A stretch of DNA of 64,000 bases. Origin: an uncultured Candidatus Saccharibacteria bacterium (GTDB lineage Bacteria > Patescibacteriota > Doudnabacteria > UBA920). Numbering within the stretch: position 1 is the first letter of the stretch; the number at the start of each line of letters is the position of its first letter. This document shows, one piece after another, positions 1 through 10,185 of this stretch. The translations under genes were made by a program, and so were the position numbers. Where the stretch lies: positions 26,181 to 90,180 of the forward strand of contig CAYSUI010000003.1 of the NCBI GenBank assembly GCA_964434195.1, given 5' to 3'. A model generated the notes under the pieces. That model had not been told where the DNA came from, did no database searches, and saw only the letters and a list, made by a program, of their open reading frames with translations.

Positions 1-864
1 TCTGTTGTATCTTACTTTTTACTGAAAGAGCCTACGGGTGAAAACTTGATCCGCGATCCTGATACTTTAGACACTTGGTTTAGTTCAGGCCTTTGGACTT
101 TTTCAACACTGGGTTGGCCTAATCAAACCATTGATCTTGAAACTTTCCATCCTACAGATGTATTAGAAACTGGCTACGATATTTTGTTTTTCTGGGTGGC
201 ACGTATGATACTTATGTCTACGTATCATTTGGGAGAAATACCTTTTAAGACTGTTTACCTTCATGGTTTAGTGCGTGACAAAGACAGGCAGAAAATGAGT
301 AAGAGTAAGGGTAATATTATTGACCCTCTTGGAGTAATAGACACTTATGGGACTGATGCTCTTCGCTTTGCTTTGATATTTTCTACTTCCGCTGGAACAG
401 ATATACCACTGGCAGAAGACAAGATAAAAGGGATGAAGCATTTTGGAAACAAGATATGGAATATATCTCGCTTTATTATGGGTAGCGTAAATAAAACTGA
501 CTGGACTTGGGAAGCAAAGACAGATGCAGATAAAGAGATACTCTCTAAGCTTGACCAGACAATAGAAGCTGTAACCTCACACTTAGACGGATTCAGGCTT
601 CATGAAGCTGCTCAAGAGATATATCAGTTTGCTTGGCATGAATTTGCGGACGTATATATAGAAGCGAGTAAGCAACAAATGCAGAATGCTGACTTGAGTG
701 AAAATACACAAAAAGTATTAGTGCATGTACTAATTAACATTCTTAAATTACTGCATCCATTCATGCCGTTTGTTACTGAGTATATTTGGGGACTATTAAA
801 AGAACGGGGGTTGGTAAAAAATGATCTTTTAATAATTCAAGAGTGGCCTAAAAATGAAAAATAA
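1..864 (+). CDS. valS: Valine--tRNA ligase, C-terminal part (gene begins upstream of window)
   Basis: DTLDTWFSSGLW, TGYDILFFWVARM, KMSKS signature, anticodon-binding LHPFMPFVTE; frame open from base 1; lacks C-terminal coiled-coil arm. Confidence 0.97.
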   Translation, partial: SVVSYFLLKEPTGENLIRDPDTLDTWFSSGLWTFSTLGWPNQTIDLETFHPTDVLETGYDILFFWVARMILMSTYHLGEIPFKTVYLHGLVRDKDRQKMSKSKGNIIDPLGVIDTYGTDALRFALIFSTSAGTDIPLAEDKIKGMKHFGNKIWNISRFIMGSVNKTDWTWEAKTDADKEILSKLDQTIEAVTSHLDGFRLHEAAQEIYQFAWHEFADVYIEASKQQMQNADLSENTQKVLVHVLINILKLLHPFMPFVTEYIWGLLKERGLVKNDLLIIQEWPKNEK

Positions 865-1273
865 AAGTGTAATTGTAATACTTACAGACACTGAGGGGAA
901 CTTTATTCTTCAGGATAGGGACGATAAGCCGGGAATTATTAACCCTGGAGAGATAGCTCTATTTGGCGGGACAATAGAAAAAGGTGAAACTCCCCTACTG
1001 GCAACTGCCCGCGAACTGAGAGAAGAACTTGGAATTGAAATTGATAATTCGAGGGTTGAAGAATTTGATAAATTCTCTACTACGCACGATAATGGCGGAG
1101 AAAGAGATGTAACTGTTCTTGTATATAGAGACGTTGACGTAAATGAAACATGGCTTAAGGAAGGCAAAGGAATCGTAATAATACAGCCTGAGGAAATAGG
1201 AAAACTACCCCGACTAGGAAATAAAGCTCTTGAGATACTTCAAGACTATAATAAAAAAGTCCCTAGGACTTAG
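854..1273 (+). CDS. NUDIX hydrolase
   Basis: Nudix box GGTIEKGETPLLATARELREELG; overlaps valS stop. Confidence 0.92.
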   Translation: MKNKSVIVILTDTEGNFILQDRDDKPGIINPGEIALFGGTIEKGETPLLATARELREELGIEIDNSRVEEFDKFSTTHDNGGERDVTVLVYRDVDVNETWLKEGKGIVIIQPEEIGKLPRLGNKALEILQDYNKKVPRT

Positions 1274-1359
1274 GGATATAAATTAATACAAATCTTCACT
1301 GAACAATTGACGGCCTTTGTAGCCGTCTTTGTTTTGTTGATACAATATATGAGTAAATT

Positions 1360-4005
1360 ATGCATGACGAGAAACAAAATTTCGCTTTAATTTCTACTGA
1401 AGAGAGCTTAAAAATACTAGAGACTAGCAAAAATGGTCTTGATAAAACTGAAGTAGAGAAAAGAAGAAAACACTACGGAATAAATGAACTGGCCCAAGAA
1501 AAAGATGAGACTTTGTTTTTAGTTTTTTTGCGTCAATTCAAGGATCCTTTTATATATATGCTATTAGCAGCAGGTATTATAGTCGGGCTTCTTGGAGAGG
1601 TGACGGATACTTTAACCATTTTGGCGGTTTTGTTAGTGAATGCCGTAATCGGAAGTATCCAAGAAGGTAAAGCACAAAATACCTTAAAGGCTTTAAAGAA
1701 ATTAGTGACTACTAATGCTACTGTAATTCGCGAAGGAATAGAAGAATCGGTGCAGGATATAGAACTAGTACCAGGAGACATACTTATACTTCGCGAGGGA
1801 GATAAAGTGAGCGCAGACGCTAGGCTACTAGACGGTAACCTTGGTGTTTCTGAGGCTGCTCTGACTGGTGAATCTATTTCGGTATTTAAGAATACACGAG
1901 TCTTGAAGGATGAAACTGAGATATTTGGACAGAGCAATATGGTTTTTAGAGGGACAGACATTACTTCTGGCTACGCGACTGCTGTAGTAACAGCAACTGG
2001 ACTCAGGACTGAAATAGGAAAGATCACAAAGACCATACCATTAAATCAGACCGGAATTCCTTTGCAGAAACAGATAGAAGTTTTGTCCAGGAGGCTCCTC
2101 TGGTTCATTGGTATTTTTTCTGTTCTTTTATTTGTTATTGGTGAAATTCGTGGATTGGGTGCGGTTCTCATGTTCAAGGTGGCGGTATCGCTTGCGGTAT
2201 CCATGATACCTGAGGGACTACCAGTTGCTATAACGCTTGTTCTGGCTGATGGCGTCTATAGAATGAGCAAACAAAATGCGCTTATTAGAAAACCTCGCGC
2301 TATTGAGTCTCTCGGAGAGACAACCGTGCTGGCGTGCGATAAAACAGGGACACTCACAAGAAATGAACTCCAAGTAGAGAAAGTTTTCTGTGGTGGTAGA
2401 GTTTTTACAGTGATTGGCGAAGGGTACTCTCCAGATGCTGAGATTACTTTTGAGGGTGACAAAATAAAAAATACCTTAGAACCTGAGCTTCAAAATAGTG
2501 CCGTGATAGCTGCACTATGTAATAAAGCTTCGGTAATATACGAGGAAAAAGAAAAGCGCTTTAGAGTATTAGGTGACCCTACAGAGGGAGCTTTGGTTGT
2601 ATTTGGAAATAGACTTGGACTAACCAAACAAACGCTACTACCCCATACAAAAATACTAAGTGAAATTCCTTTCGACTATAAAAAAAGATTTCGAGCCGTT
2701 GCTGTTAAGATAGGAAACAGCAAATCACTTTTAGCGGTCGGCGCTAGCGAAGCAATTCTACCGCTTTGTGGTCTTGAGGCTTCTGAAAAGGAGATTATCC
2801 AAAGGACTATAAAAGAATTTTCTTCTTTGGGACTACGTGTACTAGCAGGAGCCTACAAGTCAGATGTAGAAGTTTTACCCAGTGGAGAACTACCTGAAAT
2901 GGAATTCGCTTGCGTTTTTGGACTTTCTGATTCACTACACTCAGAGGTTCCTGAAATGGTTAGTAAACTAGAAAATGCTGGTATCGCGGTGGTACTGATT
3001 ACAGGTGACAATAAAATAACAGCTGAAGCCATTGGGAGGAAAGCAGGTATTTTGAAAGGTGACGGTTTAGTTATGACGGGTGACGAGATATCGGAGTTGC
3101 CAACAAGCAAAATACATTCTCTACTCTCTAAAATAAAAGTTTTTGCGAGAATAACACCGGAACATAAACTCAAAATAATAGAACTTTATAGAAAGCGAGG
3201 AGATACAGTCGCAATGACTGGTGACGGTGTCAATGATGTCCCTGCTTTGGTGGATGCAGATCTGGGGGTTTCGATGGGGATTACCGGCACTTCTGTAGCA
3301 AAAGAAGCTTCGGATATGATACTCTTGGACGATAAATTAAGCTCTATAGTAGCAGCTGTAGAAGAAGGACGTAATATATTTAAAACTATTCAAAAGGTTT
3401 TGATGTATCTCTTTTCTACAAATGCTGGGGAGGCATTAACTATAACGCTTACGCTTATTCTGGGTCTTCCTATACCTCTCCTACCTGTTCAAATAATTTG
3501 GCTAAACTTTATAACCGACGGCTTTATGACAGTCGCATTAGGATTAGAGAAGAAAGAAGATAATCTACTGCTTAACAAGCCAAGAAACAAAGAAAAATTA
3601 ATAGGCAGAAGTGAATTGAAACAAATCGCATTACATGCGATCGTAATAGCAATTGGCTCTGTACTGGTATTCAACTATTTTTATAAATCAGATTTAGTTC
3701 ATGCATACAGTGTAACCCTCACTCTACTTTCAGTATTTCAATGGTTCAGAGCTTGGAGCAGCAGAGATAGAAACAAATCTATTTTTAGAACAAACCCTTT
3801 CGGCAATCCATGGTTGATTGGTGCTACTTTAATAGTGATTGGGCTTCAGGTTGCGGCGCTTTACACTCCTTTCTTCAACCGAATTTTAAAAACTACACCT
3901 ATTAGTTTTAATGAGTGGGTTGCTATAATTCTTATTGCTTCTTCAATTATTTGGGTTGAAGAGATTAGAAAAGCTATTAACACCAACCGGAGACGATTGA
4001 CTTAG
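1360..4005 (+). CDS. Cation-transporting P-type ATPase (type II, Ca2+-like)
   Basis: TGES, PEGL, DKTGTLT phosphorylation site, TGDN, TGDGVND, multiple TM helices. Confidence 0.96.
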   Translation: MHDEKQNFALISTEESLKILETSKNGLDKTEVEKRRKHYGINELAQEKDETLFLVFLRQFKDPFIYMLLAAGIIVGLLGEVTDTLTILAVLLVNAVIGSIQEGKAQNTLKALKKLVTTNATVIREGIEESVQDIELVPGDILILREGDKVSADARLLDGNLGVSEAALTGESISVFKNTRVLKDETEIFGQSNMVFRGTDITSGYATAVVTATGLRTEIGKITKTIPLNQTGIPLQKQIEVLSRRLLWFIGIFSVLLFVIGEIRGLGAVLMFKVAVSLAVSMIPEGLPVAITLVLADGVYRMSKQNALIRKPRAIESLGETTVLACDKTGTLTRNELQVEKVFCGGRVFTVIGEGYSPDAEITFEGDKIKNTLEPELQNSAVIAALCNKASVIYEEKEKRFRVLGDPTEGALVVFGNRLGLTKQTLLPHTKILSEIPFDYKKRFRAVAVKIGNSKSLLAVGASEAILPLCGLEASEKEIIQRTIKEFSSLGLRVLAGAYKSDVEVLPSGELPEMEFACVFGLSDSLHSEVPEMVSKLENAGIAVVLITGDNKITAEAIGRKAGILKGDGLVMTGDEISELPTSKIHSLLSKIKVFARITPEHKLKIIELYRKRGDTVAMTGDGVNDVPALVDADLGVSMGITGTSVAKEASDMILLDDKLSSIVAAVEEGRNIFKTIQKVLMYLFSTNAGEALTITLTLILGLPIPLLPVQIIWLNFITDGFMTVALGLEKKEDNLLLNKPRNKEKLIGRSELKQIALHAIVIAIGSVLVFNYFYKSDLVHAYSVTLTLLSVFQWFRAWSSRDRNKSIFRTNPFGNPWLIGATLIVIGLQVAALYTPFFNRILKTTPISFNEWVAIILIASSIIWVEEIRKAINTNRRRLT

Positions 4006-4061
4006 CGGCATTTTTGGAATATACTGTTAGCTAAATTTCTAAAACTTTTTGGAGGGATCAC

Positions 4062-4820
4062 ATGAAGAAATACAGCTTGATTCTTTTTCTTCTTTTGTGT
4101 TTGCTTAATCCTGCTTGTAAACAAACCGCGCAAAGTACTGTTCAACAACAAACCCAAAATAATTTTAGCGATAAGAGCTGTGAATTGGAATATGAGGGCT
4201 CTGTCCGAAAGGAAGTGAAATTACGCCCTCCCGGACTCTCTTATGAAAAAGCGAATGACGGAAAGACACTGACCGTACCAGAATGGTTTAGTATGTTATG
4301 CGGAAGGAGATATGAATCGCTTCTAAGGGATAAATTTCCCCAAGATGCCGCACATGAGTCTGAGCATCTCTGGGTAAGAATCAGGGCTTATGTCCTTCTG
4401 GTAAAATCTGAGGAAGATAATGATTATCATATCCAGGTAGCCGCGAGACCCGAATGGTCTGTTAATAATCCTCAAATTATTATTGAGATACCCCCAGGAG
4501 CAAATTACTGTTTAGCTCGACAGAATTTTGAAGCCCTACTCATCGCCGATGGAGGAAAAGTTAGCAATAATAAGACAGGAGACAGAAAAACTCAAGTCTC
4601 TAAGCGTTACTTTTTCAAGAATCCCCCACTTGTTGAAATTAGTGGGTATCTTTTCTTGGATGCACACCACAGACGCCGAGATTCGGTAGATCTATGCAGA
4701 TCTGATGGTGGCCGTGGCGTAAAGGGAAAAGAAGATGGACAGAAACTTCAAGATAGCCCGGTCCAGGGCCTTTGGGAAATACACCCAGTACTTGAGCTTA
4801 CACCCGTTCAAAAAAAATAA
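4062..4820 (+). CDS. Putative lipoprotein of unknown function (DxDYHI...EIP...LFLDxHH...WEIHPV motifs, OB-fold-like)
   Basis: Signal peptide ending LNPAC; GGAGGG SD; own terminator; conserved-looking His/Asp motifs. Confidence 0.6.
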   Translation: MKKYSLILFLLLCLLNPACKQTAQSTVQQQTQNNFSDKSCELEYEGSVRKEVKLRPPGLSYEKANDGKTLTVPEWFSMLCGRRYESLLRDKFPQDAAHESEHLWVRIRAYVLLVKSEEDNDYHIQVAARPEWSVNNPQIIIEIPPGANYCLARQNFEALLIADGGKVSNNKTGDRKTQVSKRYFFKNPPLVEISGYLFLDAHHRRRDSVDLCRSDGGRGVKGKEDGQKLQDSPVQGLWEIHPVLELTPVQKK

Positions 4821-4849
4821 CCGAAGGTATTCACCTCTTCGGTTTTTTT
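4819..4849. terminator. Intrinsic terminator between convergent genes
   Basis: AACCGAAG...CTTCGGTT stem followed by T-tract and preceded by A-tract. Confidence 0.75.
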
Positions 4850-4872
4850 ATTTTGCTTAAAGCACCTCGTTC

Positions 4873-6033
4873 TCACACCCCCTCTATAAGTACAGCGGAA
4901 TTCGCCAGAATAACTGATCTTGTTTCGTCTGACACAAAATTCGGTAATTTGATATGCAGTTCGTCCCTCTTTACCAATCTCAATTTATTGGTGACCTGTG
5001 GTTGATTAATCGAAACTAAGGTGATTGGTAAATTGCATAAATAAACCTTGAATGATCTTACTAACAGCGTATCCCCCCCTATCAACTCTACTTGAATAGG
5101 AAGCATGGTTCCATCTTCGTCGAATTTGATATGGATATTTATCGCCCAGTCGAATGCAGATTCGAAAGTATGCCAGACTAGACTAATTCTGAGACTGTTA
5201 TCCCAATTGTTAGGTTGTATTAGGATGCCCCCTGCATCTCCAGCCAGACCATAGAACCCATGCTCAATAGGCATCTGGTTATACAGCCCTTGGTCCAATA
5301 GCCTGACTACTTCGGAATAGGCCCGAGCATGATCGAAAACTGGTCCTGTTGGGTAAGCAAGACTTTCGTCATACTTTCCACCGGTCTCAAAAGTACGGGC
5401 TTTACACGCCAGACGAAACGAATGGAAGCCTATCCAGAAGAATATACGGTCAAGATGCTCTAGAGTAGCATGATTACTGCAATATTCTAGAGGTAACTTG
5501 TATTCTGGCTGGTCTGAAATGAATCCATCACTATGAGATGTTATCCTTGAGACCTTTGAAACTTTGGTATTATAGCTTCTGTGCATTTTACCAATATCAC
5601 TTAGCAGTTTGGAGTCACCACCTGACACTTCCCAGTCTTTTTTCGTCATGCCACCATCTTTTAGCGGAGCTTCTGTTGTCTCCAAGTAAACTCTGGTGCT
5701 CCAATCACATTCTGGAAGAATGGTTGTGCAGTCAATTATGAATTCCAGACAACCACCTCCTACCATAAAACTACATGCAATTTTTTCTCTATTTCCGCTT
5801 TCGCAGAGATACTGCTTGCAAGTAAATCTACCCGTAAAAAGAGCAAGAGTAATCTGTCTGTATAGCTCACCGAGAGGTAGGTGAGGGATAGGGTGTTTAC
5901 GGGAAAGCTTAAAGTTTCTACCCAGAGATTTTTTCCTCGCTTTCTCAAACAACCTTTCGGCTGAATAATGTAATACAAACAGTACTTTTTGTATTTCCCA
6001 TAGAGAAATGCCGTTATATTCTTTTTGAAACAT
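4873..6033 (-). CDS. Hypothetical cytoplasmic protein with two tandem homologous domains
   Basis: AGGAGG SD before ATG at 6033; internal similarity (RLFEKAR/RLACKAR, DWSTRV/DWAINI, GGDSKLL/GGDTLLV). Confidence 0.75.
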   Translation of the reverse strand: MFQKEYNGISLWEIQKVLFVLHYSAERLFEKARKKSLGRNFKLSRKHPIPHLPLGELYRQITLALFTGRFTCKQYLCESGNREKIACSFMVGGGCLEFIIDCTTILPECDWSTRVYLETTEAPLKDGGMTKKDWEVSGGDSKLLSDIGKMHRSYNTKVSKVSRITSHSDGFISDQPEYKLPLEYCSNHATLEHLDRIFFWIGFHSFRLACKARTFETGGKYDESLAYPTGPVFDHARAYSEVVRLLDQGLYNQMPIEHGFYGLAGDAGGILIQPNNWDNSLRISLVWHTFESAFDWAINIHIKFDEDGTMLPIQVELIGGDTLLVRSFKVYLCNLPITLVSINQPQVTNKLRLVKRDELHIKLPNFVSDETRSVILANSAVLIEGV

Positions 6034-6100
6034 AAAACTAACCTCCTTCTTGAACTTGGTGAAAAAAAGCATGTTAAGCTTTTTTGAATTACCTGTCAAC

Positions 6101-6131
6101 AAAAAAACTCTCCCCGTGGGAGAGTTTTTTT
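6101..6131 (-). terminator. rpoC intrinsic terminator (bidirectional)
   Basis: AAAAAAACTCTCC-loop-GGAGAGTTTTTTT. Confidence 0.85.
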
Positions 6132-6138
6132 ACAACTT

Positions 6139-9100
6139 CTATTCGTTATCGCTAGATTCTTCTGAATCACTTACAGGGGCGCTTACTGGGACTGGGTCGC
6201 CACCTTCTTCACCTACTATGCTGACAATGTTTTCTAGATCTTCATTTATAGAGTGAATTTGGCGGTGCTTGAAACCAGTACCTGCTGGGATAAGCTTACC
6301 AATGATAACGTTTTCCTTTAGACCCTTTAGGAAGTCTGTCTTGCCTGTGACTGCGGCTTCGATAAGAACACGGGTGGTTTCTTGGAAGGAAGCAGCGGCT
6401 AGGAAGGAGTCAGTATTTAGCGAGATCTTAGTAATACCCATGAGGAGCTGTTCAGCATCTGCTGGTCTTAGCCCTTTAGCTACAAGCTTGTCGTTTACGT
6501 CTCTTAAGCGAGATTTGTCTACCATGTCCCCGACAATTAAGTTACTGTCTCCGGACTCGGTAACACGCATCTTGCTAAACATTTGTCTTACGATAACCTC
6601 TATGTGTTTATCGTGGATGTTTTGACCTTGGGAAGCGTAAATATCCTGTACTTCTTCAACTATGTACTTCTGACCGGCTTCGGTTCCTTGAAGAGCCATA
6701 ATTTGAACTGGGTTTAAGTTACCTTCTGTGAGTCTTTGACCTTTGGTAACAAGATCACCTTCTTTTACCTGAAGAGTAAAGGCGGCTGGTACTACGTATT
6801 CACAGACAGAGTCTCCTTCGTGAATAACAGAAATTTTATCTTTCTCTACTTTCGCGATACCTGCGTTTTCTGCTTTAACTTGCTTACCTTCACCACTAAT
6901 GAAGAGGGTTTCACCGACTGCAATGTGTTCACCATCTTTAATGGCTGAGTGAACACCACCGGTTATATGGTAAACATCTTTTTCGGCAGTTGCACCTTCG
7001 ATGCGGATTATATATTCCTTATTGTTAGGTTTAGTAATGTAAGCAACACCGTCTATTTCTGCTAAAGTAGCTTGTCCCTTTGGTTCTCTAACTTCGAAGA
7101 GCTCTTCGACACGAGGAAGACCTTGGGTAATATCTTTTACAGATGCGGATCCACCAGTGTGGAAGGTACGCATTGTAAGCTGAGTACCAGGTTCACCGAT
7201 TGCTTGTGCAGCTACGATACCAACAGCGGAACCAAGTTCTACCATTTTATTGAAACCAAGGTCGTAACCATAACAGAGCATACAGATACCACGGGTAAGG
7301 CGACACTTTAGAACGCTTCGGCACTTCATGGCCTCTATACCGCTATCGGCAATCATTTTTGCTTGCTCGTCATCTATACCTTGATTTCGTTCTACTATGA
7401 CATTCCCCTCTTTGTCCTTAACGGTTTCAGCGGCGACACGACCGAATAAGCGTCTGTCGAATGCTTTGTTCATTTTTTCTGAATCTGCCAAAGTCACTAC
7501 ATCGTAATCGTCGGTTCCACAATCTTCTGCGTTGATAACTATATCTTGCGCAACGTCTACCAAACGTCTTGTAAGGTAACCTGCGTCAGCTGTCTTAAGA
7601 GCGGTGTCAGACATACCTTTACGTGAACCGTGAGTAGAGATGAAGTATTCGAGAATGCCTAATCCTTCTTTAAAGGAACCACGACAAGGAAGCTCAATAA
7701 CAGCACCTGACGGGTTAACAACCAAGCCTTTCATACCGGACATCTGTGTGATTTGAGAAAGTGAACCACGAGCACCAGACATAAAGATATAGTTTACAGA
7801 ACTATGTTCTTCTACTGTACCTTCGACATCCTTAGCGATTTTTTCACTGGTATTTGCCCAAATTTTGATAATTCTTCCTACACGTTCCTCTTCTGTGAGA
7901 AGACCTTCTCTGAACTGGTCGTAAGTTTGCTCTACTTCTATGTCTGCCTTCTCAAGCAAATCATATTTAGCATCTGGCACTCGAAGGTCGTCCATACCCC
8001 AAGAGATACCGGATTTCTTTATGTAGGTAAATCCTGTTCGCTTAATCTCGTCGATAAGATTAGCTGTAACGGTAGAACCATAAAGACGATATGCTTCACG
8101 GACCAAAGCCTGAAGTTTCTTCTTATCGAATCTCTCGTTTCTGAAACCCATTTCTGCTGGGATGATCTTGTTGAATATAAGACGCCCAACACAAGTTTCG
8201 ATAAGTTCACCGGCTTCATTTCTAACTTTTATCTTGGCTTGAATATTGATAAAACCGTTATTGTAAGCAAGCACTGCTTCCTGTGTGTCGGAGAATACCT
8301 TACCTTCGCCCTTAAGACCTTCTCTCATGGTTGTGATGTAGTTACAACCCACGACTACGTCTTTATCTGGTGTCATAACTGGATCACCGCTAGCTGGCTT
8401 GAGCAAGTTATGTGCAGAAACCATGATTTCTTTTGCTTCTTTTTGTGCTAGGTCGGTTAGTGGAACGTGAACGGCCATTTGGTCACCATCGAAGTCAGCA
8501 TTGAAAGCCGCACAAACCATTGGATGAAGCTGAATAGCTTTACCTTCTATGAGAACTGGTTGGAATGCTTGGAAACCAAGTCTGTGAAGGGTAGGAGCAC
8601 GGTTAAGTAATACATAGTGATCTTTCGTTACCTCTTCTAGAATATCGTAAACCTCATTTCTCCCCTGCTCTATTAGACGGTTAGCACTACGAACATTGTG
8701 AGCGTACTCACGGGCAATAAGTTTGGAAATTACGAATGGCTTAAAGAGTTCGAGAGCCATTTTCTTTGGAAGACCGCACTGGTGAAGTTTGAGTTCAGGA
8801 CCCACCACAATAACCGAACGACCTGAATAGTCGACACGTTTACCTAGTAAGTTCTGACGGAAACGACCCTGCTTACCCTTAAGCATATCTGCCAAAGATC
8901 TAAGTTTTCTCTTCTGACCAGTAGAAGCCGTAACTTCTTTTCCATGACGGATAGAGTTATCGATAAGTGCATCGACAGCTTCTTGAAGCATACGCTTCTC
9001 GTTTCTGGTAATAACCTCAGGAGAGTTGATCTCGAGAAGCTTCTTTAAACGATTGTTTCTATTTATTACTCTTCGGTACAAATCGTTAAGGTCGGAAGCT

Positions 9101-10095
9101 GCGAAACGTCCACCGTCCAACTGAACCATTGGCCTGAGGTCTGGTGGAATAACTGGAAGATTATACATAAGCATCCACTCTGGTCTAATACCTGAGTGAA
9201 TGAAAGACTTAACGAGCTTTAGACGGCGAAGGGCCTTTTTAGCTGCCTGACCTTCGAGGTTTTTAAATTGGGCTTCGAGTTCTACTGCGAGTTCTTCAAG
9301 ATTTATTTCTTCTAACAAACCCTTTAGGGCTTCTGCACCGATACCGGCTTTAAATACAGGACCATACTTAAGAGATAAATCTCTATAGGAAAGCTCGGAG
9401 ATAACCTGGTATTTCTTGATAGATTTAAGTTCGCTTCTTGCTTGATCGCGAATACTTTCTAACGCGTCGACTTCCTTCTGCCAGAGATCTTTGAGTCTGG
9501 TTATTTCAGTGTCGATTTCTGCTGCGACTAGATCCTTATCTTTTTTACCAGTGGGGTCCTGCATGGAACTTCTGGTTTTGCCAATAAGGGACTCATAACG
9601 AACTTCGATTTCCTTTTTCTTTGACTTAAACTCTTGTTCGATTTGATCGAGAGTAGTTATTCTGGATTCTTCGTTTACAGCAGTAATAATATAGGAAGCG
9701 AAGTAGACTACTTTTTCCAGTTCCTGAACACCGAGGTCTAAAATAAGACCTAAGCGGGAAGGAACACCACGCAGGAACCAGATGTGCGCTACAGGTACCG
9801 CAAGCTTAATATGACCCATGCGTTCGCGACGAACGGATGACTTGGTAACTTCTACACCACATTTATCACACACTACACCTTTATAGCGAATACGCTTGTA
9901 CTTACCACAGTAACATTCCCAGTCTTTAATAGGACCAAAAATCTTTTCGTCGAAAAGGCCATCTTTTTCTGGACGTTGGGTACGGTAGTTAATTGTTTCT
10001 GGTTTGGTGACTTCTCCGTGAGACCAAGCAAGTACCTGACTTGGACCGGCGAGTTTGATTTTTACACCTTTGAACTCTTCAGTTTGAGTTAACAT
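6139..10095 (-). CDS. rpoC: DNA-directed RNA polymerase subunit beta'
   Basis: NADFDGDQMAVH active site, CYCGKYK zinc finger, GEPGTQLTMRTFH. Confidence 0.99.
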   Translation of the reverse strand: MLTQTEEFKGVKIKLAGPSQVLAWSHGEVTKPETINYRTQRPEKDGLFDEKIFGPIKDWECYCGKYKRIRYKGVVCDKCGVEVTKSSVRRERMGHIKLAVPVAHIWFLRGVPSRLGLILDLGVQELEKVVYFASYIITAVNEESRITTLDQIEQEFKSKKKEIEVRYESLIGKTRSSMQDPTGKKDKDLVAAEIDTEITRLKDLWQKEVDALESIRDQARSELKSIKKYQVISELSYRDLSLKYGPVFKAGIGAEALKGLLEEINLEELAVELEAQFKNLEGQAAKKALRRLKLVKSFIHSGIRPEWMLMYNLPVIPPDLRPMVQLDGGRFAASDLNDLYRRVINRNNRLKKLLEINSPEVITRNEKRMLQEAVDALIDNSIRHGKEVTASTGQKRKLRSLADMLKGKQGRFRQNLLGKRVDYSGRSVIVVGPELKLHQCGLPKKMALELFKPFVISKLIAREYAHNVRSANRLIEQGRNEVYDILEEVTKDHYVLLNRAPTLHRLGFQAFQPVLIEGKAIQLHPMVCAAFNADFDGDQMAVHVPLTDLAQKEAKEIMVSAHNLLKPASGDPVMTPDKDVVVGCNYITTMREGLKGEGKVFSDTQEAVLAYNNGFINIQAKIKVRNEAGELIETCVGRLIFNKIIPAEMGFRNERFDKKKLQALVREAYRLYGSTVTANLIDEIKRTGFTYIKKSGISWGMDDLRVPDAKYDLLEKADIEVEQTYDQFREGLLTEEERVGRIIKIWANTSEKIAKDVEGTVEEHSSVNYIFMSGARGSLSQITQMSGMKGLVVNPSGAVIELPCRGSFKEGLGILEYFISTHGSRKGMSDTALKTADAGYLTRRLVDVAQDIVINAEDCGTDDYDVVTLADSEKMNKAFDRRLFGRVAAETVKDKEGNVIVERNQGIDDEQAKMIADSGIEAMKCRSVLKCRLTRGICMLCYGYDLGFNKMVELGSAVGIVAAQAIGEPGTQLTMRTFHTGGSASVKDITQGLPRVEELFEVREPKGQATLAEIDGVAYITKPNNKEYIIRIEGATAEKDVYHITGGVHSAIKDGEHIAVGETLFISGEGKQVKAENAGIAKVEKDKISVIHEGDSVCEYVVPAAFTLQVKEGDLVTKGQRLTEGNLNPVQIMALQGTEAGQKYIVEEVQDIYASQGQNIHDKHIEVIVRQMFSKMRVTESGDSNLIVGDMVDKSRLRDVNDKLVAKGLRPADAEQLLMGITKISLNTDSFLAAASFQETTRVLIEAAVTGKTDFLKGLKENVIIGKLIPAGTGFKHRQIHSINEDLENIVSIVGEEGGDPVPVSAPVSDSEESSDNE

Positions 10096-10185
10096 ACTAT
10101 GTTGTGGACCCTAGACCACTTCTCAGTGAGTCTAGAGTCCTCTCCTTATGAATTAAATATTATTAGATTATTCGACCTTTATTAG

